NCBI GenBank assembly: GCA_964645535.1 | Contig: CAZYCQ010000030.1 | Coordinates: 1-41,192, forward strand | DNA from: an uncultured archaeon | GTDB taxonomy: Archaea; Asgardarchaeota; Heimdallarchaeia; Heimdallarchaeales; Kariarchaeaceae | Direction: 5' to 3' | DNA: 41,192 nucleotides | In this document: positions 32,867 through 41,192 of the stretch, piece by piece | How the letters are laid out: every line of letters starts with the position of its first letter | Position numbering within the stretch: the first letter of the stretch is position 1 | Made by a program: the position numbers and the translations under genes | Notes under the pieces: generated by a model | What the model was told of the DNA's origin: nothing | Databases searched by the model: none | The model's input: the letters and a program-made list of their open reading frames with translations, nothing else

Positions 32867-33994
32867 TTAGAGATTGCCACGTTCGGCTTGTTCCCTCTCA
32901 ATCGCTTCAAAAAGGGCTTGGAAATTGCCTTTCCCGAAACCTTCACTCCCCTTTCTCTGGATGATTTCGAAGAAGAAGGTAGGTCGATCTTGGATAGGGC
33001 GTGTAAACAACTGAAGAAGATACCCCTTGTCATCCCGATCGACAAGGATACCATGTTCTGCAAGCACTTCCACATCCTCTTCAATTTCACCGACACGGTC
33101 AATGAGATTATCATAGTATGTATGTGGCACTCGGATGAATTCAACTCCTCTTTCCCTCATGCTTTTTACTGTTGAGACAATGTCATCAGTACTAAGAGCA
33201 ATGTGTTGCACACCAGCGCCATGGTAGTAGTTGATGTACTCTTCGATTTGTGACATTTTAAGACCTTTGGCAGGTTCATTGATGGGCATTTTCACCTTGT
33301 TGTTGTAGTTTCTTACCACTTTTGATCGCAAAGCGGAGTATTGCGTTGCGATATCGTTTTCAGAAAATTCGATGAATGTGTCAAAACCAAAGACATTGTG
33401 ATAGAACTGGACAGTAGGATCCATTTGATGCCAATTGACATTGCCTACGATATGGTCAATCCTAGTGACACCACGTTCAGGAACCTCGACAGGAGGTTGG
33501 TATTCTTGATACCCTGGCAGGAAAAGCCCATCATATCCATCTCTTTCAATGAACCTGTGAACCACATCACCATAGGTCGATATTGTTGCAACCCTAACAG
33601 ATCCATAATCATCCTTCAGCTCTTTGGGAGGAGAAATGCCTTTTGCACCCCTTTCCAAGGCATTCTCCCAAGCGACCTCAACGTCCCTGACAGTCAAACC
33701 CACAACCTTGACACCATCCCCATGAGTCATATGGTGTGCAGCCATTTCACTTGCGGGAGAGTAAGGTGCAGAGAGCACGATTTTGGCATCACCCTGTTGC
33801 ATGACATAGGAGGCGAACTTCCGATTTCCAGTCTTCAGCGTTGACCAAGCAACAGGTTGGAAGCCAAAGGCATGTTGGTAATAATAGGCGGCCTGATAGG
33901 CGTTGCCTACCCAAAATTCAACCGAATCAAAGTCTTCGACTGTCAAAATGTCTGTGGCTTTCTTAACCCCGGTGTCCCTTTCCAAATCTAGCAT
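32867..33994 (-). CDS. hppD: 4-hydroxyphenylpyruvate dioxygenase
   Basis: IDHIVGN, YSALRSKV, PINEPA, SQIEEY, GVQHIAL, GYLLQLFT and FFEIIQRKG..GFGKGNF.ALFEAIEREQ..RGNL. Confidence 0.97.
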   Translation of the reverse strand: MLDLERDTGVKKATDILTVEDFDSVEFWVGNAYQAAYYYQHAFGFQPVAWSTLKTGNRKFASYVMQQGDAKIVLSAPYSPASEMAAHHMTHGDGVKVVGLTVRDVEVAWENALERGAKGISPPKELKDDYGSVRVATISTYGDVVHRFIERDGYDGLFLPGYQEYQPPVEVPERGVTRIDHIVGNVNWHQMDPTVQFYHNVFGFDTFIEFSENDIATQYSALRSKVVRNYNNKVKMPINEPAKGLKMSQIEEYINYYHGAGVQHIALSTDDIVSTVKSMRERGVEFIRVPHTYYDNLIDRVGEIEEDVEVLAEHGILVDRDDKGYLLQLFTRPIQDRPTFFFEIIQRKGSEGFGKGNFQALFEAIEREQAERGNL

Positions 33995-34014
33995 GGTCTA
34001 GAATAAACCTGAAT

Positions 34015-34029
34015 TTTAAATAAGTTTTC
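34015..34029 (-). promoter_or_regulatory. Putative BRE plus TATA box of hppD
   Basis: GAAAA-CTTATTTAAA on the minus strand, about 35-21 nt upstream of ATG 33994. Confidence 0.55.
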
Positions 34030-34047
34030 GTTCCAACAAAGGAGTCA

Positions 34048-34230
34048 TCAAACCTTTTCTTTCCGCCACCAAGAGATTTTCAGCTTACTTGATCTACAGT
34101 TAGGACATTTGGCGATGACATAATAGAATTCCCCAATTTTTTCCTTTTCCAGCAGCGCATCATTGAACCTGTTGTGGCACTCGAGACACTGGTAATGATC
34201 AGGACGTTTCACTTTGTCAACTTTACTCAT
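34048..34230 (-). CDS. Small Zn-ribbon protein (~60 aa)
   Basis: YQCLECH and KCPNCRS; likely start ATG 34230 (MSKVDK). Confidence 0.7.
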   Translation of the reverse strand: MSKVDKVKRPDHYQCLECHNRFNDALLEKEKIGEFYYVIAKCPNCRSSKLKISWWRKEKV

Positions 34231-34379
34231 GGACACAATCCAGATAATCAACCAGCCCATGAAATAAAAATTTATTCAACCTGCCATGAGACATTAGTGA
34301 AAAAAATCATCAGGAAATGGATTGTCTGAGTCTTTTTCCTTTGTCAAAAGATTAAAAGACCTAGAGAAGGTTGGAGATT

Positions 34380-36449
34380 ATGGTCAACCGCCTATCCAAA
34401 GAACGAAGTCTCTATTTGCAGCAACATAAAAACAATCCCATTGATTGGTGGCCATATATTCCAGAGGCTTTTGAGAAGGCACAGGAGAGGAACGTTCCGA
34501 TTTTTCTATCGATTGGTTACAGTTCCTGTCATTGGTGTCATGTCATGGCCAGGGAAAGCTTTGAGGATCCTGAAGTGGCAAAATTCATGAACTCAAATTT
34601 TGTTAACATTAAGGTCGACCGGGAGGAACGGCCGGGAATCGATAAGATTTTCCAAGACATCTATCAGTTGGTGCATAAAAGAGGAGGAGGCTGGCCACTT
34701 TCGGTTTGGATGACACCAGAGGGGAAGCCCATCTTTTTGGGAACCTATTTCCCCAATATTCCGAAGCATGGGCTACCATCCTTCATCCAAGTTTCCCAAA
34801 AAATCGCCCAGCTTTGGAAGGAAGACCGAGAAAATGTCCTCCGACAGGCAGAAGCCTTGGGAACGGGAATCCAAAAGCTTAACGAGTATATCCTCAGTGG
34901 AGATAGCGGAACTTGGCAAGAGGACAAGTTGCCGATCTTGGTGCAGAAGGCGGCAAACAACTTTGATTGGGAAAACGGAGGCATTGGTTTCAAACCGAAA
35001 TTCCCACATTCACCTTTGCTTAGATTCCTGCTCTATTATGGAAAGAAAACCAGAAATGAAAAGATACAGGAATTTGTTAGGTTTTCATACAAAAAAATGA
35101 TCAGAGGAGGCATTTTTGACCAGCTCAAAGGCGGTTTTGCAAGGTATTCGGTTGATGAGCAATGGCTTATTCCTCATTTTGAAAAGATGCTGTATGACAA
35201 TGCGGAACTCCTCATGCTTGGAGCCCACCTCTATCAGATTGCACCGGATGAGGAAATCAGAACTGCAATGGAAAAAACATTATTTTGGCTGTATGATGAG
35301 ATGGAAGATGAGCAGGGAGGATTTTATGCGAGTCTCAATGCAGAATCAGAACATCGAGAAGGAAAATACTACGTCTGGCATCTTGAGGAGATCACGGCAT
35401 TGGTTGACCAAAAAAAACTGACCCCGATTCAGGCCACCATTCTCCGATCCTACTACGGGATAACTCAAGAAGGGAATTTTGAGGATCCCCATCATCCAGA
35501 GATTAAAGGGATGAATGTACTTTCCATCACAAAAAGCATTGAAGAGTTGATGCAGGAAACCAATCTTCCAAAGGAAAAAATCAGGGAAGAAATCGAGACT
35601 GCCAGGAAAGTTCTTCTAGCTGAGAGGGAGAAACGGATCAAACCAGACCGTGATGAAAAGATAATCACCTCATGGAATGCATTGCTTATTTCGGCACTTT
35701 TGACGGTTGCACAAGCTTTTGAGATCCAACAACCCGCAGATAAGGCATTGAAAGCGCTTGATCGTCTTCTTTCCCACGTCATCGAAGAGGATGGAGTATT
35801 GAGAGTGGTTCCGCAAGACGAAAAGGCTAGGAAAATCTATGGCGTACTTGAGGATTATGCATTTCTTGCAAAGGCCTGCATCGATGCATATGAGCACACA
35901 TCTGAACAAAGGTATCTGACCGAAGCTCTTCGCATTACCAGACTTGCTGACAGGAGATTTTATGATTTCAACCTCAAGAACTACAAGCTTTCAGATGAAC
36001 CATTGCTAGACAACCCCATTGATTTTTCAGACAATTCCCTTCCATCTGCAATTTCCATCATGATTCAGGTTCTCTACAAGCTTGGAAGGTACCACATGAT
36101 GCAAGATCTCATTGAAAGGGGACAAATAATTGTGGATCGGGCACTTGCCAAAGCTGAAGACATGTTCATTGTCTTGGGAGAATTCTTTCTTGCAAGGGAA
36201 TACTACATGGAACAGGCCAAGGAAATTGTTCAGATCCATGATGGGTCACTTAATGACAAATACCTCAGATACTATCTTCCTGTTCGCCTTATCTATAGAT
36301 GGGTACCCAAGGCAAACCTGCCGAAGTGGGAAGTGCTTGAAGGGAGAACCAATGTAACCAAACAGACGATATTTGTGTGTCAAGGGCAGACCTGTTCTTT
36401 GCCCATTACAACTGAGAATGAGCTTTCAGTTTATTTTTCAGCGCAATAG
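34380..36449 (+). CDS. YyaL/SPATA20-family thioredoxin-domain plus alpha/alpha-toroid protein
   Basis: NRL..E.S.YL.QH..NP.DW, SIGYSSCHWCHVM..ESFED, KVDREERP, GGWPL, PKFP, PHFEKMLYDNA and D.K..TSWN. Start ATG 34380 after GGAG. Confidence 0.93.
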   Translation: MVNRLSKERSLYLQQHKNNPIDWWPYIPEAFEKAQERNVPIFLSIGYSSCHWCHVMARESFEDPEVAKFMNSNFVNIKVDREERPGIDKIFQDIYQLVHKRGGGWPLSVWMTPEGKPIFLGTYFPNIPKHGLPSFIQVSQKIAQLWKEDRENVLRQAEALGTGIQKLNEYILSGDSGTWQEDKLPILVQKAANNFDWENGGIGFKPKFPHSPLLRFLLYYGKKTRNEKIQEFVRFSYKKMIRGGIFDQLKGGFARYSVDEQWLIPHFEKMLYDNAELLMLGAHLYQIAPDEEIRTAMEKTLFWLYDEMEDEQGGFYASLNAESEHREGKYYVWHLEEITALVDQKKLTPIQATILRSYYGITQEGNFEDPHHPEIKGMNVLSITKSIEELMQETNLPKEKIREEIETARKVLLAEREKRIKPDRDEKIITSWNALLISALLTVAQAFEIQQPADKALKALDRLLSHVIEEDGVLRVVPQDEKARKIYGVLEDYAFLAKACIDAYEHTSEQRYLTEALRITRLADRRFYDFNLKNYKLSDEPLLDNPIDFSDNSLPSAISIMIQVLYKLGRYHMMQDLIERGQIIVDRALAKAEDMFIVLGEFFLAREYYMEQAKEIVQIHDGSLNDKYLRYYLPVRLIYRWVPKANLPKWEVLEGRTNVTKQTIFVCQGQTCSLPITTENELSVYFSAQ

Positions 36450-36510
36450 GTACATCTAGGAAAAATTTTCCCTAAATATCCTTAAATTCAATGAACACAT
36501 AATATTCCTA

Positions 36511-37440
36511 ATGGAAAAGGCACACCACAATCCCATGATAGGGAAACTAGAGAACGATCTTGATCGATCTCTCGAAAGGAGGTTTGTGGTGGAAGAAAAA
36601 CAGATTACAGAACTGAATTTGGAACGCTTGGATCTTACAGAAGTCCCAGAAAGGCTCAAAGAATTTTCCGAACTGAAAAGTCTCAACCTTGCCTTCAATA
36701 AGCTGACTAGATTGCCGGAATGGTTGTGCAACTTGAGAAAACTGGAATGGGTAGCATTGGCTGGCAACCGGATACAGAATCTTCCGGATTGCAACCCAAC
36801 ATTCACGAAAATTGATCTCACCGACAATGGATTGACCACGTTTCCGAACGTCGCACATTTTTGGGAACTGCAAACATTGATACTTAATCATAACATGCTG
36901 ACTGTAATTCCAGAGTGGATAGGACAACTCTATCATCTTGAAGAACTGCATCTGGCAGATAATCTTATCAAACACGTTCCCTGCAAATGGGAAAATCTGG
37001 AAAGGCTTGAAATAGTGAATCTTGGAACAAACAGGCTAACAGCCATCCCGATTTCACTTCTTGAACTTCCAAGCATTCAAAATCTCAATTTTCGAATGAA
37101 CCTGCTCAATATCATTCCTGAAGAAATCACAAAGATGGAAAGCCTGCGTTCTCTTGACCTTAGTTCCAATAGGATCAAGGAGTTGCCGAATGTTGCAGGT
37201 GACCTCATCAACTTGCATCTGCTTGATTTAAGCCATAATTTGTTTGAAGAGGCAACAATTCCGTGGTATCTTCCCAACCTCAAGATCCTCAATATGGCAG
37301 GAAATCCATTCAAAGAGGTCACCACAGACACCCTTGCAATGTTACCTTCCCTTGTGGGATTGGTCATCGAAGGATCAAAACTCTCAGAGGATGCAATCAG
37401 CTTCATGAGGGAAAATGAGATCAGGCATATTGTTCCCTAA
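36511..37440 (+). CDS. Stand-alone leucine-rich-repeat protein
   Basis: About 10-11 repeats of LxxLxLxxNxLxxLP with ~23-aa period; no signal peptide or effector domain seen. Confidence 0.92.
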   Translation: MEKAHHNPMIGKLENDLDRSLERRFVVEEKQITELNLERLDLTEVPERLKEFSELKSLNLAFNKLTRLPEWLCNLRKLEWVALAGNRIQNLPDCNPTFTKIDLTDNGLTTFPNVAHFWELQTLILNHNMLTVIPEWIGQLYHLEELHLADNLIKHVPCKWENLERLEIVNLGTNRLTAIPISLLELPSIQNLNFRMNLLNIIPEEITKMESLRSLDLSSNRIKELPNVAGDLINLHLLDLSHNLFEEATIPWYLPNLKILNMAGNPFKEVTTDTLAMLPSLVGLVIEGSKLSEDAISFMRENEIRHIVP

Positions 37441-37477
37441 AATCAAGGCTTTATTTCAAGGATGCACCAATAAAGAT

Positions 37478-37708
37478 ATGGAATGGAAATACCTTTCGTG
37501 GGGATTGTTTATACTTTCTTTGATCAACCTTTTTGGATTCCTTTTTCTTGGTTGGCCTTTTTTCTTTTTCTTCTTAGTCCCCCCAATCGTGTTTACACGT
37601 AAGTCTGAGATAAATCTGAATGTCTGTCCCAAATGCGGCTACCCTCTCGATCCAGCATGGGAATACTGCCCCAATTGTGGAACCACAGTTCGAGCCACCT
37701 TTCAATGA
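37478..37708 (+). CDS. Small membrane protein with C-terminal zinc ribbon
   Basis: Hydrophobic N-half (WGLFILSLINLFGFLFLGWPFFFFFLVPP), then CPKCG...W.YCPNCG; likely start ATG 37478. Confidence 0.75.
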   Translation: MEWKYLSWGLFILSLINLFGFLFLGWPFFFFFLVPPIVFTRKSEINLNVCPKCGYPLDPAWEYCPNCGTTVRATFQ

Positions 37709-37791
37709 AAAAAAGATTTACTGTTAAAGAAAATTTGACTTTTCCCTCAAAGATTAACTTCTTAACTGTATGGACATATCGTTTTTCAGAC

Positions 37792-39204
37792 ATGCTCGAC
37801 GAATTACGTTCTGTGATCGAGACGGTTGATACTTCAATCGTCCAGTTTGCAGATATGCGATCCTTTGAAAGTACAGAATTGAAGATCACTGTCCGGAAGG
37901 GAAAGGCCGAGGACATCTCTTCTGATAAACTCGGGGGTGTTGCCATCCGGGTTCTTGTGGATGGAGCTTGGGGGTTTGCCTCTGTCGCCTCTTTTGAACG
38001 GCAGAAATTATTGGAAACACTTGCCACGGCCATCAAAATGGCAAAGGGAGCTTCCCAACACATTACCAGAAAAGCCAGCATTACAGTTGACCAAGCCTTT
38101 GAAGGAAGAAATGAGTTTCAGCCCGATGTCAATCCCAAAGATCTTTCGTTCGAGGAGAAGTATGAATTGGCTGCCAAGACAGAGAAGGTTCTGAGAGAAC
38201 ATGATAGCAGGATCATTAGTTCCCAAGGACGATATACGGAGAAGATCCAACGGGAGACCATTGTCAACACCCTCGGTACTGCTGTGGTCAACGACTACGG
38301 AGTTTTCAGGTTGAATGGCAGTGCAACCGCAAGATCTGGAGATGTAATCCAAAATGTCAGTGACAGTGTGGCTACCAACGCAGGCGTCAGAAGGCTTCTT
38401 GATTGGGATATTGAAAATGAGATGACAAAGCTCGGTGAACGGGCAATCAGCCTGCTTGATGCAGTACCCTCCCCCTCGGGAAGGATGAACGTTGTTCTTG
38501 AACCCTCATTGGTTGGTGTCTATATTCATGAAGCCTTTGGGCATGCCTCAGAGGGCGATGCAATCCTTGCAGGAAATTCAGTTCTGAGAAACAAGATTGG
38601 TGAGAAATTGGCCATTTCCGGGGTCAATGTAATTGACGACCCCACCTTGCCGGGAATGCGAGGATCATTCAAGTATGATTCAGAGGGAACACCTACATCC
38701 CGCAGGGAAATCATCAGAGATGGAGTCCTTGTCGGTTACTTGAACGACTTGCAAAGTGCTTCAATGCTGGATCGAGGCAATGCATTGAACGGCGCAGGTC
38801 GAGCAACAGACTTCAGGCATATGAGCATGCCGAGAATGGGTAATACATACATCGACAGAGGCAACTTAAGCTTTGAAGAACTCCTAGAATCGGTCGGAAA
38901 TGGAGTGTACCTTACACATTCCTATGGAGGATATGTCAATCCCGCAAATGGTCAGTTTTATTTCTCCTCGCAGTCAGGGTACCTCATTGAAAACGGTGAG
39001 CTCACCAAGCCCATCAGAAATTCAGGAATGAGTGGATTGACACTGGAAGTACTTCAGAACACCATTGGAGTAGGTAGGGATCTTGTGATCGATGCTTTTC
39101 CGGGAGTATGCGGAAAGGCCAACCTGACAGGCTTCCAGCCCATGCCGGTCACTGGAGGAGGTCCAACAATTGCTGCAAGAGATATCGTTGTAGGTGGAAA
39201 ATGA
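37792..39204 (+). CDS. tldD: TldD metalloprotease subunit
   Basis: G.AIRVL.DG.WGFA, HEAFGHASEGD (HExxxH), GS..YD.EG, PRM.NT and C-terminal CGK. Start moved to ATG 37792. Confidence 0.92.
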   Translation: MLDELRSVIETVDTSIVQFADMRSFESTELKITVRKGKAEDISSDKLGGVAIRVLVDGAWGFASVASFERQKLLETLATAIKMAKGASQHITRKASITVDQAFEGRNEFQPDVNPKDLSFEEKYELAAKTEKVLREHDSRIISSQGRYTEKIQRETIVNTLGTAVVNDYGVFRLNGSATARSGDVIQNVSDSVATNAGVRRLLDWDIENEMTKLGERAISLLDAVPSPSGRMNVVLEPSLVGVYIHEAFGHASEGDAILAGNSVLRNKIGEKLAISGVNVIDDPTLPGMRGSFKYDSEGTPTSRREIIRDGVLVGYLNDLQSASMLDRGNALNGAGRATDFRHMSMPRMGNTYIDRGNLSFEELLESVGNGVYLTHSYGGYVNPANGQFYFSSQSGYLIENGELTKPIRNSGMSGLTLEVLQNTIGVGRDLVIDAFPGVCGKANLTGFQPMPVTGGGPTIAARDIVVGGK

Positions 39205-40616
39205 TGGAACTCCAACATAGCTCAACTCTTGAAAAACTAAACGATCTTGCTCAAAGAGCCCTCGAAATCAACAAGACTACAAATGCTCAGATGGAGATTT
39301 CTTTGACCAATGGCTTCGAACGAAGCATCGAAGTGCGTGCCAACTCCATTGCAGGAGTACAGCAACAGACCAAAACCAAAGTTACAGTCAGAGTCTATTT
39401 GGGCAAAAAGCTTGGTGTGGCAACAGCAACCTCGCTCAGTCCCCAATCCATCGAGGAAACTGTAAGAACCGCTCATGAACTGGCTAAGCTAGCACCTGAA
39501 GATGACAAGTTCGTTTCACTTCCAGAACCCTCTAGCAGAAAACCTGCAAAGATCAAAGGACTTTATGACGAAGCACTTGCCACCATGGACCCATCAACTG
39601 TGGTGGAGACAATGGAAGATCTCATCCAAGGTGCCAAGGAAACCCATCAACAGGCCAACACCCGTAGCCGGCTCAACATCAACCTTTCAGAAAAGGTGAT
39701 TGCCAACAGTTTAGGGATTCTTACCGAAACCATGACCACATCCCTTAACACTTTTGCATTTGTTTCCATTCCCCTCTCACCCCAAAACGTGGGTGTTGGA
39801 TCGGAATTTTATGTAGACAGGCAATGGCCAAAAGATTTCAGCTTCCATGATCTTGGAAAGACTGCGGCGGAAAAGGCAACAAAAATGCTTGGGGCAAAGA
39901 TAGGGCCATCCAAAAAACTACCGGTCATTCTAGATGAACGGGCGACCTTCCAAACATTGGCACAGATATTTGGCTTCGGTGTCAACGGCTACACGGTCAT
40001 GACAGGAATCTCTTATTTTGCAGATAAAATAGGTGCGCAGCTTGCAAATGAGGAATTGACCCTTTGGGACGATCCCCATGTGGATGCAGGTGCTTCATCC
40101 ACCGCCTTTGACTATGAAGGAGTACCGACAACCAAAGTCAACATCCTTGAAAAAGGAGTGCTTCAAAGCTATGTCACGGATTCCTATACAGCACAAGCCC
40201 TTGGACTTGAGAATACCGGAAATGCAGGGCCAGGAATGAGAAGTTCCATCCCTCGACCGAAAATCCACCAACTGCAAATTGCATCAGGAAATGTATCAAA
40301 AGATGAACTCTACGAGGATCTGAAAGAAGGTATCATCCTCGAATCCGGTGTGGGACCGGCAGGCGGATCTCCGCAGATATCATCTCAAATAAATCGAGGG
40401 TTCTATGTCGAAAACGGCGAAATCCAATATCCATTGAAAAATACCATGCTTGGAAGTTCCGTGTATGAATTTCTTTCAGGAATAACCGGGATATCCAAGG
40501 AACTCAGAAAAGAATTCGGACATCAAGCACCAACAATCATGGTGAAAGAAGTCTCCATTGCAGGAGCAGGAAAGAAAAAGAATTCAGGACCCACAATTGT
40601 CATGAGGGCAGATTAA
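39201..40616 (+). CDS. pmbA: PmbA/TldE non-catalytic partner subunit
   Basis: TldD/PmbA fold (DDP, FDYEG, G.L..Y..D, TGNAG, GFYVENGEI..P) without HExxH; ATGA overlap with tldD. Confidence 0.88.
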   Translation: MMELQHSSTLEKLNDLAQRALEINKTTNAQMEISLTNGFERSIEVRANSIAGVQQQTKTKVTVRVYLGKKLGVATATSLSPQSIEETVRTAHELAKLAPEDDKFVSLPEPSSRKPAKIKGLYDEALATMDPSTVVETMEDLIQGAKETHQQANTRSRLNINLSEKVIANSLGILTETMTTSLNTFAFVSIPLSPQNVGVGSEFYVDRQWPKDFSFHDLGKTAAEKATKMLGAKIGPSKKLPVILDERATFQTLAQIFGFGVNGYTVMTGISYFADKIGAQLANEELTLWDDPHVDAGASSTAFDYEGVPTTKVNILEKGVLQSYVTDSYTAQALGLENTGNAGPGMRSSIPRPKIHQLQIASGNVSKDELYEDLKEGIILESGVGPAGGSPQISSQINRGFYVENGEIQYPLKNTMLGSSVYEFLSGITGISKELRKEFGHQAPTIMVKEVSIAGAGKKKNSGPTIVMRAD

Positions 40617-40645
40617 CCAAACAGCCATTTCCCTTTAACCTTAAC

Positions 40646-40651
40646 TTATAT
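40646..40651 (+). promoter_or_regulatory. Putative TATA box of the methyltransferase gene
   Basis: TTATAT 29-24 nt upstream of ATG 40675. Confidence 0.55.
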
Positions 40652-40674
40652 TTGACAGAAATCACAGAATATCA

Positions 40675-41192
40675 ATGGCAGAACATTTTACAGGAAGTCC
40701 TGAAAAACTGTTCCAATATTGGCAGGATGAAAACAGAGCTCGAAAGTTCCTTTCCGGAGGAACAAGAGAAGCAGCCATCGAGTTCTGCCGATCCTTCAAG
40801 ACCCACTTCGCAGAAAAAGTATGGATGGATATCGGGACGGGAACAGGCTATGTTGTCAAGAAATTGTTGCATGACTACAGACCAAAAGCCATCATCGGGA
40901 TAGACATCTCAAAAGCAATGCTTGCAATGTATCAAGTGGAGGATGCATTGCTTGCAATAAGCTCAGCGTTCAACCTCCCCTTCAGAGATAGATCCGTTGA
41001 TGCAATCTCCACATTTTTCTGCCTCTCCGATTACCCCTCGCTCACTCCTTTTCTCCGTAAGGTCGAACGAACTCTCCGAAACGAAGGAATTTTCCTCTTC
41101 GTCGATTATGCCAAAGGTGATGGATATTGGGAACTTAGAAAGAAACATCATGGAGAAAACGGAATCGTCGGAAACATCAACCTCAGAACCAC
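40675..41192 (+). CDS. Class I SAM-dependent methyltransferase (3'-truncated by window)
   Basis: Hand translation from ATG 40675: VWMDIGTGTG (motif I), IIGIDISKAML, NLPFRDRSVDAI and RTLRNEGIFLFVD. Open to the window end, so absent from the ORF track. Confidence 0.88.
   Translation, partial: MAEHFTGSPEKLFQYWQDENRARKFLSGGTREAAIEFCRSFKTHFAEKVWMDIGTGTGYVVKKLLHDYRPKAIIGIDISKAMLAMYQVEDALLAISSAFNLPFRDRSVDAISTFFCLSDYPSLTPFLRKVERTLRNEGIFLFVDYAKGDGYWELRKKHHGENGIVGNINLRT

Noticed and set aside
37633-37791. Extended N-terminus of TldD (and 39108-39200 of PmbA)
   Set aside because: Both extensions overlap upstream genes; domain homology starts at ATG 37792 and ATG 39201.
40652-40903. 83-aa ORF after pmbA
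   Set aside because: Wrong frame; the real gene is the methyltransferase starting at 40675.
1-41192. tRNA, rRNA, IS elements, integrases or defence systems
   Set aside because: Intergenic gaps are short (mostly under 220 bp) and I saw no cloverleaf, terminal inverted repeats, or transposase, integrase or nuclease motifs. A covariance-model scan would be needed to exclude small ncRNAs.

Overview
Densely coding 41-kb archaeal chromosomal segment, most likely from an Asgard archaeon (Heimdallarchaeia-like; this is inference). Supporting signs are an archaeal-type TrpRS, a class III (archaeal pilin) signal peptide, TrmB and COG3357-type regulators, a Cdc48/VAT ATPase, TATA boxes about 23-31 nt upstream of start codons, CTERM-like anchors and a stand-alone LRR protein. 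I found no rRNA, tRNA, CRISPR or transposase. In order the window contains: (1) a translationally coupled three-gene surface operon, with a ~1000-aa type IV pilin-like protein carrying 8 tandem Tyr/Arg-rich ~82-aa repeats flanked by two paralogous membrane-anchored Ig-like proteins; (2) an amidohydrolase, a TrmB regulator expanded by a ~680-aa helical insert, a HugZ-like protein, a second amidohydrolase and a GNAT; (3) a compact aryl-CoA epoxidase-type cluster with two ~50%-identical mini-BoxB/PaaA-like diiron proteins (one intact, one with an altered metal site) and two crotonases (PaaG-like and BoxC-like); (4) a Cdc48 paralogue with a degenerate D1 ring; (5) a GT-C glycosyltransferase and two FtsX/MacB-type permeases (one 1348 aa) with no adjacent ATPase; (6) trpS with a 4-Cys Fe-S motif, speB, cofE, an HTH-Zn-ribbon regulator, an AhpD-like protein, hmgA, an NHL surface protein and hppD; (7) YyaL/SPATA20, LRR and Zn-ribbon proteins, tldD-pmbA and a truncated methyltransferase. 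The best candidates for undescribed systems are the duplicated mini-BoxB epoxidase cluster, the giant repeat-pilin operon, the giant TrmB and the D1-dead Cdc48. All calls come from reading motifs by eye; no database search was run.
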